Origin: Candidatus Hadarchaeota archaeon
GTDB taxonomy: Archaea > CAYQAE01 > CAYVLA01
Direction of reading: 5' to 3'
Assembly (NCBI GenBank): GCA_964452145.1
Contig: CAYVLA010000007.1
Span: forward strand, 19,906 to 83,905
Length of the DNA stretch: 64,000 nt
The position numbers and the translations under genes are program-made. This document shows, piece by piece, positions 56,770-64,000 of the stretch. The stretch's first letter is position 1; each line of letters starts with the position of its first letter. The notes beneath the pieces were generated by a model. That model was not told the DNA's origin. It did no database searches and saw only the letters and a list, made by a program, of their open reading frames with translations.

Positions 56770-57771
56770 TTGAATCCAGGCTTGCCGTCCTATGCCAGCG
56801 ATGAGAACTCAACCTACAATCCACTGGTCAAGGGAGATCTCGAAGAAGAACCCTCCGTGACCGAGCCAAAGAAGATTCAGTGCCCCGAGTGCGGATCCCT
56901 CCGGCAGGTGCGTGACTACAAGAGAGCCGAGATAATCTGCTGCGAGTGCGGATTGGTCATTGAGGACAAGATCATCGATTCAGGCCCGGAGTGGAGGGCC
57001 TTCGATACCGATCAGACCATGTCGAGGGAAAGAACCGGTGCCCCCATGACCTACACGATTCATGACAAGGGTCTCTCGACCATGATCGATGACAGCGACA
57101 GGGACATATTCGGTCGGAGTCTTTCACCCGAAACGAAGGCCCAGATGTACCGCTTGAGGAAGTGGAACAAGCGGGCCAGGGTCTCCAACTCCGTGGAACG
57201 CAACCTGTCGTATGCACTGTCCGAGCTCGATCGGGTTGCCGCCCAGCTGCAACTACCCAAGAATGTCAGGGAGGCGGCCTCCATGATATACAGGAAGACG
57301 GTCGAAAGGGACCTGATCCGCGGCAGGTCCATCGAGTCCTCCACCGCGTCCGCCATATACATCTCCTGCAGGCAGTTCGGCATACCAAGGACTCTGGAAG
57401 AACTTGCCGAGGTCACAAAGCACAACAAGAAGGAAATAGGGAAGAGCTACCGAGTGATCGCAAGGGGTCTGACAATCCACCTTCCGCCCATCAACGCGAT
57501 AGACTACGTGCCCCGCTTCACCAGCGAGCTTGGCCTACCGGGGACTGTGGAGACCAAGGCAATCGAGATACTCAGGCAGGTCATAAACGAGGGGCTTGGC
57601 TCCGGGAAGGGACCCACGGGGATCGCCGCCGCCGCGATCTACATAGCGTGCTTTCTTGAGGACGTCAAGCGCACACAGAAGGAGATCTCGGACATAACCG
57701 GGGTAACCGAGGTCACCGTTCGCAACCGCTATAAGGAGATCGCTGAATACCTGAATCTGGACGTGGACTAG
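56770..57771 (+). CDS. tfb: Transcription initiation factor IIB (TFB) 2
   Basis: Same complete motif set as TFB1; start uncertain. Confidence 0.95.
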   Translation: MNPGLPSYASDENSTYNPLVKGDLEEEPSVTEPKKIQCPECGSLRQVRDYKRAEIICCECGLVIEDKIIDSGPEWRAFDTDQTMSRERTGAPMTYTIHDKGLSTMIDDSDRDIFGRSLSPETKAQMYRLRKWNKRARVSNSVERNLSYALSELDRVAAQLQLPKNVREAASMIYRKTVERDLIRGRSIESSTASAIYISCRQFGIPRTLEELAEVTKHNKKEIGKSYRVIARGLTIHLPPINAIDYVPRFTSELGLPGTVETKAIEILRQVINEGLGSGKGPTGIAAAAIYIACFLEDVKRTQKEISDITGVTEVTVRNRYKEIAEYLNLDVD

Positions 57772-59339
57772 GAGACCCGGTCGAGCCTAAGCCTAGCCTC
57801 GTCACTACCGCCGTTCTCCGAGTCAACGAAGCAGTATATGTACTGGTCTCGTGCCAGGTTGGTCACCGTCACGTTCCACGACGCATCAGCCCGGTCGCCG
57901 ACCGATGCGATCCTGACCACGGCCTCCGACCCCGGCATGAGCGAGGCTCCCTCTGGCAGAAGGATTCGGACCTCAACTCCCTCCACCTTGTTCAGCCTTG
58001 CCTCGTTCGACAGCCTGGCGTAGACCAGATACTGCCCCCTCGAAGCGGAGATGGAGCGGGCGGTGAAGGCCGATATGTACACTTTGGGCTGGTCAACGAG
58101 CCTGATGGGCAGGGCAACAGCCGTCAGGGCGAATATGGCCAGCACTCCCGCGGCCAGGGCCCGGCTGGTTGTGTTCAGCTTCGTGGACTCATCAAGCGAT
58201 CCTGGGTGACCGACCCTGGAGAAGAACAGGGCGAGTATGGCCCATAGCAGCCAGCCGGCGAACGAGGCGCCTCCCAGCTGCTGGGAGAAGAACAATCCGA
58301 GGAGGAAGAAACCGGTAAGGTAGCCAAGCATCCGATGGATCCTCATGCCGAAAGCGGCCCTGGTCACGTGCCCGCCGTCGAGCATGCCCGCCGGAAAGAG
58401 ATTCAGCATCGTAACCAGCATGCCCGCCCATCCGGCTACGGCCAACGGATGGAGAGACAGTCCGTATGCATTGGGGACGACTATGCCTCTGAGGAGCCTG
58501 AAGAGCACCGAGGCACCGATGACGATGCTCGGCCCTCCCCTTATCGCTGCGACCTCGGGAGTCGAGAGGGCCAAGCCCACCATCGTGACCGGGATGGCTA
58601 CCAGGAAGCCGCATATCGGCCCAGCTGAGCCGATCCTCAGCATCGAGTTACGATTCGGCAAGGAACCCTTCATCTTGATTATTGCCCCCATCGTGCCGAG
58701 TAGGAAAGGCCAGGGGACCGGTATGAAGTAGGGATATGTTGCCTCGACCTTGTACTTCATGGACGCCAGCTTGTGGCCCATCTCATGCAGCCCAAGTATG
58801 GACATGATGCCGATGGAATAGAGCACGGCATCCCATTTCGCGACGCTGAAGGGCGAGGCACCCGAGAAGAAGCCGGTGAGGAAAAGGCCCGCGAAGAATG
58901 TCGAGAGAATGGTCAGGCCCACCAGTATGAGGTTCGTCCTGACCCTGACGCTGGTTTCCTCGACCTTGGGGAAAACCGTCATGAACTCCTTATCACCGAA
59001 GCGTCTCACGATGGGAAGGAAGCCCAAGGCCTCCAAGCTTGTTATATTCTCCGAGAATGATTCGCTCCCGTATGGCTTGCCAACCTCCAATCGAAGATAG
59101 TTGTAGCCCTCCTCGACGGAGCCAACCGGGAAGTATCGTCGTACGATCTGGAGCACCCTGTCCGTCGGGATTATGTGCTGGGCAGCCGTAAGATCCTTCG
59201 TGACTATCATGTTGCCCTCACAGTCTGGGCACAGCCCCGGGATCATCTTGCCAACGGTCAGGTCCTTTCTCGCACTGACCTCGGCCTCGTACCCACACTG
59301 GACGCACTTGAGGCGGGCCTTGGGCGCGACAGTCTCCAT
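57768..59339 (-). CDS. Site-2 protease (M50) with N-terminal zinc ribbon and C-terminal beta-rich extension
   Basis: HEMGH, PYFIP, GTMGA, AGP, NLFPAGMLDGGH; CVQC...CPDC. Confidence 0.92.
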   Translation of the reverse strand: METVAPKARLKCVQCGYEAEVSARKDLTVGKMIPGLCPDCEGNMIVTKDLTAAQHIIPTDRVLQIVRRYFPVGSVEEGYNYLRLEVGKPYGSESFSENITSLEALGFLPIVRRFGDKEFMTVFPKVEETSVRVRTNLILVGLTILSTFFAGLFLTGFFSGASPFSVAKWDAVLYSIGIMSILGLHEMGHKLASMKYKVEATYPYFIPVPWPFLLGTMGAIIKMKGSLPNRNSMLRIGSAGPICGFLVAIPVTMVGLALSTPEVAAIRGGPSIVIGASVLFRLLRGIVVPNAYGLSLHPLAVAGWAGMLVTMLNLFPAGMLDGGHVTRAAFGMRIHRMLGYLTGFFLLGLFFSQQLGGASFAGWLLWAILALFFSRVGHPGSLDESTKLNTTSRALAAGVLAIFALTAVALPIRLVDQPKVYISAFTARSISASRGQYLVYARLSNEARLNKVEGVEVRILLPEGASLMPGSEAVVRIASVGDRADASWNVTVTNLARDQYIYCFVDSENGGSDEARLRLDRVS

Positions 59340-59554
59340 CCACTCCGCGCCCTTCCGTCGGCTTATATATTTCTTCTGAACCCTGCCGCCAGTTGCCATC
59401 GCCTGCCATCCGACTTCCCATCCCGCCCGGCCTACTTGGAGGAAACGGCCATTGTCCAGGATCCAGATCTCTGCTCTCTCAGTCCACTACGGGCGGGGCT
59501 GCTTCCATGGCCGCATCTTCGCCGGCCATTCCCCGGACCGCGTCACGATCTCGG

Positions 59555-62500
59555 TCAAATCCCTGGCTTGGGGTCCTCGGGGCGGCAGGCCCGCTGGGTC
59601 CTGCATACCATCGTCATCGGCCCGTGTCTCAACACAAGCATGGCCAAGCCGAGGAAGGCCGACATTGTGGTGACATCAGGGATCGTGAATGCCGCACCCT
59701 CGCTAGAGTTGAGGACATCAAGGCCAAGATCGAAAATCCCGTTGGAGTTCAGATCCAAGACCAGATCATAGCGGCCTTCGACCAGGTTCGCGGGCCACAC
59801 GATGAGCGGCAGAGCCCCACTCTCAGAGACGCTCTCGCAACCGTTGCTTGTCACGTCCAGAAGCAACCGGCCGTCCAACGCCTGGCCATCCCGGACCACG
59901 TACACACACATGGCGTAGCGGTCCGGAGCGTCGAGACACACGTAGACCTGGCCTGAGACCGAATAGTCGGTCTTCATCCGTCCCATGGCATCGCACGGAT
60001 AGACGTCGAGCATGGGCGCAAGCTCGTAGGCGATGCTTCGATCCCGGTCAAGAAAGATGGTCTGGTCAATCGTCGAGTAACCCTGCTTCCAGATCGAGAT
60101 AGTCCATGCCCCCCCGGCAAGTCTGACGGACAGGGAACCCTCTTCCAGGACGTGGGTCGATCCGTTCAGGGTCAGGATGGGGTTTGCCAAAGGCGTTAGT
60201 TTGACGGCATCCATGACCGAGATCGTCAACCAGCACTCGATCGGGGCCTTTCCAATCGTCGCCGTCGTGGCATCCGAGGAGGAATCGCCCAGATCGTCCG
60301 TTGCCGTCAGGCGAACCGTGTAGTATCCCTCCTCCAGGTACGTATGGCTGGCCTTCACCCCGTGGCCCCAGTGGCCATCCCCGAAATCCCAACGATAGGA
60401 CGTGATCGGCCCATCGACGTCATAGCTCCAAGATGCATCGAAGCTGACGGCCTGCCCAACGACCCCTGTGTATGGTCCGCCGGCATCAGCTCGAGGGGGT
60501 TGGTTGGGTGCGAGGATGGACAACGTGCCGTTGGTGATCGAGTTGTCCGACGGGTCCCTGTCGTAGGGCAGCACCTCTGCACGTGCCTCGAGGATCCGTG
60601 TATCGATCGGCATGGACTGTGTGCTCAGATCGAACACGTATGCCTGACTCCTCTGCGCACCCAGGTTGACGCTGAGATGAGCCAGTTCCTCCTGCCCCCA
60701 GTACAGTGAGATCCGGAACGCCTGAGCCGAGAGCCCCGCGTTCCTGGCCATAACCCGGATCCTCAGATCCTTGCCCTTGTGCACGATCCTTGACTCGGGA
60801 ATCAACCAAAGCAGGGCGATGTCGGGCCTTGGAAGAAGGCTTACCCATCCCGCGGCATATTCGTTGTCTTCGGTGTCGATCTCTCCGGGAAGGGTTTCGA
60901 TCTTCACTGTCAGGATCCCAGTGCCAGCGGGGTACTCGGACGTGTCCCAGCTGAGCGTGGCCATCCCCGTGTCGCCTGGTTGGAGATCGGCCACCACACC
61001 TGATGTCACCCGCTCCTCCCCGTACATGACTGCGATGTGTGCGCTCTCCGTTGCCTGGCCCTCGTTCTTCACGGTTGCCTTGATGAGCACAGCCTCCCCC
61101 TGTACGGCCGTGGCCGAGGACAAGCTCACGTTTGTAAGCGAGAGATCGGGGCGATGAAGCATCTGGATTGGGCTGGTCCCAAGTACGTCGTTTGCATCGA
61201 AGATGCCGTTTCCGTTCGTGTCAAGCCAGAGGCGGAGCATATCGGGGGCTTCAGCCTCGCCCACCAGCGAGGGCGCCACGATTCCGGCCGGGCTTGATAG
61301 AATTCGTGCATGGGCGGCCGCGCTCTCCGGGGAGAGGCGTTCACCCTCTCTGACCAGATAGCAGTCCATTTCCAGGGAGGGGGGGAATATGCCCCCCACA
61401 ACGCAGATGGCCTCGCCCGAGAAGTAGGAATACCGCACAAGTCCGGTCATGTCGCACGGATCGATAGCCGATCCGGGTGGAGACCGGCCCACCCAGAAGA
61501 AGGCTTTGACAGATGGTGGCCCGGCGTAGTCAGGCGCCAGGGCTTCCAGCGTTCGGTACGAGTTCGAATCGGGGTGTTGTACAACCAGGCCGACCGAGAA
61601 CTCCCCGCGATCGGAGCATTGCGTGGCCTTGGAGTAGACTCCCTCCCAGAATATCTGAACCCGCGAGTGTGGTGGGAAACCGCTGCCATTAAGAGTTATC
61701 GTTGTCGTGGGGGGTCCGCTCTCCGGGCTCAGGACGATCATGGTCGGCCAACGACTAATCGGAACCGACAACGTCACCGCTTTCAGGCCCGGGAAGCTGC
61801 CCTCGACCGTGATGATGTGGGTCCCAAGCTCCAATTCCCTTGGAAGGACACAACTCACGTTGAAGGCGCCCTCCTCGTCCACGATGCCGCCGCAGATTCG
61901 GACGCGATCGAGGAGGATCTCGCATACCGAGAAGGGGGGATAGCCCGAACCGATAAGTTGGACCACCTGCCCAGGGTGTGGGGTGGGTGGCAGAATCTGC
62001 ACTTCGACCGGCCACGGGGTGATTTCGACCGTAAGCGTGCGGCTCGGCGGACCCGTGTAGCCGCTCACGACGGCCGCGAGGGTATGGTTCCCCGCGGAGA
62101 GCGTGGACGGAATGACCCATTCGGTCGCGAAGCCACCTGTCTCATTGGTTGTTCCGCCAAAGGCCTCGACAGAGTCGAGGAGGATCCGATAGTCCGCCAG
62201 AGGCGGCAGATCCCTGCCCGCCACGATGATCCTGCTGCCCGGGTGAACGGGCCGCGGCTCGATCGAGATGCTCACGGGCCACTGAGTGATGTTCAGGCAG
62301 TACGATGCCGCGGGCGGACCGGTGTAGCCAGACGCCACCACAACCAAGCAGCGGGGCCCCAGGCTCGTGTTTTCCTTCAGGTGATATCCGACCTGGAAAG
62401 TGCCCTCCGAAGTAGCTTCGCCAGAGGCAATGATGATGCCATCCAGGCTGATGGTGTAATGTGCGTTCGGTGGCAGGTCGGTGCCCAGGAGCGTCAGGTC

Positions 62501-63400
62501 CTGACCGGGATGGAGCAGACTAGGTTGCACTTGGACGCTCAGCGGCCACTGAACAACGGATATCTGGCAAAGCCCCTCGGGGGGTCCCGTATACTCAATC
62601 GAGCGTGCTGCCACGACATGGGTGCCAATATCGATCATCTGTGGCAGAATGAACGGCCGCACGAAACTGCCTCCAAGATCGGTTGTACCGGCCAGGATCT
62701 CAATCTGGTCTATGTAGACCTTGTACAAGGCACCCGGAGGGAACCCGGTGCCGTTGACGACTGCAAAGCCGCCCGGGCTCGGTTCTTGGGGGGACACTGC
62801 TATCCCGGGCTCCCACTGTTCGACCTGGATCAAGAACCTTGCCGAAGGGGGCCCGGTGTACTGGGTGGCAGCAACGCTGATGTTAAGAGGGCCGAGGGAG
62901 ACGTTCTTGGGCAGGGTGTAGGCAAAGCAAAACTCTCCTCTGCCGTTGGTTGCACCGCCCGAGATCCTTGAGGAACCCAGGTAGCCCTCCCAGTAGGCAA
63001 GAGGAGGGTACCCTTGTCCGCACACCACCACATCCTTCCCCGGCCGGACCGAAGAGGGATCCACTTCGATCTGTGTCGGCCACTGAACAACCGTCATCTG
63101 AGTTCGTGCCTCGTGGGATCCCGATGAAGCCGACAGGTTGTGGACGCCCAGATCGATCCTTCGAGACAGGGCCAGCGCTCTGTAGAACGATCCATCGCTG
63201 TAGGTGGTCCCGTTCGCAACGCTAGCATCGTCGATGTAGATCGAGAAGGCGGATTCCCCCGGGAAACCCCATCCCTCTACCCTTATGGTGGATCCCGGAT
63301 ACATCGTCTCGTTGACAACCACGACCGTCGGCAGGGAAAGAGATCCCGTTAGAGTTAAGGGCAATAACAGCACAAAGATGACGAAGATGCCAAACCTCAA
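59555..63400 (-). CDS. Large cell-surface protein: Ig-like repeats, two CARDB-like, PKD, sorting-signal-like tail
   Basis: Signal peptide; ~7 repeats G.G[FY]PP...YTGPP...QWP; PDLSL..N.G..E.DTEDN; PKD NQPPRADAGGPY..YRWDFGDG; tail TIPD-hydrophobic-R. Confidence 0.88.
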   Translation of the reverse strand: MRFGIFVIFVLLLPLTLTGSLSLPTVVVVNETMYPGSTIRVEGWGFPGESAFSIYIDDASVANGTTYSDGSFYRALALSRRIDLGVHNLSASSGSHEARTQMTVVQWPTQIEVDPSSVRPGKDVVVCGQGYPPLAYWEGYLGSSRISGGATNGRGEFCFAYTLPKNVSLGPLNISVAATQYTGPPSARFLIQVEQWEPGIAVSPQEPSPGGFAVVNGTGFPPGALYKVYIDQIEILAGTTDLGGSFVRPFILPQMIDIGTHVVAARSIEYTGPPEGLCQISVVQWPLSVQVQPSLLHPGQDLTLLGTDLPPNAHYTISLDGIIIASGEATSEGTFQVGYHLKENTSLGPRCLVVVASGYTGPPAASYCLNITQWPVSISIEPRPVHPGSRIIVAGRDLPPLADYRILLDSVEAFGGTTNETGGFATEWVIPSTLSAGNHTLAAVVSGYTGPPSRTLTVEITPWPVEVQILPPTPHPGQVVQLIGSGYPPFSVCEILLDRVRICGGIVDEEGAFNVSCVLPRELELGTHIITVEGSFPGLKAVTLSVPISRWPTMIVLSPESGPPTTTITLNGSGFPPHSRVQIFWEGVYSKATQCSDRGEFSVGLVVQHPDSNSYRTLEALAPDYAGPPSVKAFFWVGRSPPGSAIDPCDMTGLVRYSYFSGEAICVVGGIFPPSLEMDCYLVREGERLSPESAAAHARILSSPAGIVAPSLVGEAEAPDMLRLWLDTNGNGIFDANDVLGTSPIQMLHRPDLSLTNVSLSSATAVQGEAVLIKATVKNEGQATESAHIAVMYGEERVTSGVVADLQPGDTGMATLSWDTSEYPAGTGILTVKIETLPGEIDTEDNEYAAGWVSLLPRPDIALLWLIPESRIVHKGKDLRIRVMARNAGLSAQAFRISLYWGQEELAHLSVNLGAQRSQAYVFDLSTQSMPIDTRILEARAEVLPYDRDPSDNSITNGTLSILAPNQPPRADAGGPYTGVVGQAVSFDASWSYDVDGPITSYRWDFGDGHWGHGVKASHTYLEEGYYTVRLTATDDLGDSSSDATTATIGKAPIECWLTISVMDAVKLTPLANPILTLNGSTHVLEEGSLSVRLAGGAWTISIWKQGYSTIDQTIFLDRDRSIAYELAPMLDVYPCDAMGRMKTDYSVSGQVYVCLDAPDRYAMCVYVVRDGQALDGRLLLDVTSNGCESVSESGALPLIVWPANLVEGRYDLVLDLNSNGIFDLGLDVLNSSEGAAFTIPDVTTMSAFLGLAMLVLRHGPMTMVCRTQRACRPEDPKPGI

Positions 63401-63460
63401 ATCCAGGCCCCTTTCGTTCCGCCTCGGAACGAGTTAAGTATCTTTCGCAGGATGCCAGGA

Positions 63461-64000
63461 TGTGTATTATCCGAAAATCATTTCACCCCCCTGTTTTGGG
63501 CGTGTCGGTGGCCAAGCTTAACCAATCACAGATCGGGTGGATGATGAAGCGTAGGAAGGAGGGAAAGATGACCAACGCCACGATTGCCGGGGTCTACTCC
63601 ATCACCACCAGGAGACTCCAACAACTCTGGGCCCAGTACCGCTCCACAGGCCAGATGCCCACCCTCCGCAAGCCAGGCAGACCCAAGAAACCGCCTGACC
63701 CTGAAGAAGAACAGCTCATCCTGAAGACCTACCACGACCATCGCGTCTGCGCAGTGGTCCTGGAACACCTCATACAGAGAGAGCATGGCAGAAGAATCCC
63801 TCACAACCGGATCCACGCCGTACTGGTCCAGCATGGATACGCCAGGAAGAGTCCCAGAAAGCAGAGGAGGCGCAGATGGGTTAGGTATGAGCGCAAGCAC
63901 TCCATGTCCCTGTGGCATCTGGACTGGTTCCAGATAGACAAGATCGCTCCAACCTGGGCAAGTGGCTGTTGATGGTTCAGGACGATGCCTCCAGGAAGGC
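63461..64000 (+). mobile_element. IS481-family insertion sequence, left end plus frameshifted transposase (truncated by window)
   Basis: Putative end TGTGTATTATCCGAAAATC at 63461; ORF from GTG 63508 with HTH, PGRPK, RYERKHSMSLWHLDW; continuation GKWLLMVQDDASRK is in another frame. Confidence 0.85.

Noticed and set aside
61310..62971. Long antisense ORFs (553 aa here; also 29109-30350, 32077-33117, 12801-13775, 24534-25640)
   Set aside because: Shadow ORFs opposite well-supported genes in GC-rich DNA
1..64000. CRISPR arrays, rRNA, integrase/provirus at the tRNA
   Set aside because: No regularly spaced repeats, rRNA-like sequence, integrase or duplicated tRNA 3' end seen

Overview
A GC-rich archaeal chromosome segment. 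Archaeal markers are two TFBs, SRP19, Gar1, archaeal-type uS2, a SEC11-type signal peptidase, a tRNA with a bulge-helix-bulge intron, and TATA-type promoters. The left ~45.7 kb is accessory/metabolic. It holds many poorly classified, apparently cytoplasmic carbohydrate-active enzymes, amino-sugar-type aminotransferases and an oxidoreductase, AOR-hypB/hypA, a P-type ATPase, a UvrD helicase and several decayed genes. It also holds three intact copies plus one pseudogene of an unnamed ~415-aa secreted, C-terminally anchored protein family, which is the strongest novelty candidate. The right part (45.9-59.4 kb) is core machinery: rps2, MEMO1, uppS, a winged-helix gene overlapping an smc-scpA-scpB operon, pcm, srp19, gar1, tandem tfb genes and a site-2 protease. 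A 1281-aa repeat surface protein and the left end of a frameshifted IS481-family element follow. Features missed by the ORF track include the CbiM/NikM gene, a 59-aa C2H2 zinc-finger protein, a tRNA-Pro(GGG) with a non-canonical 32/33 intron and a thioredoxin pseudogene. I saw no rRNA or CRISPR array. All family assignments come from motif recognition by eye, not database searches.
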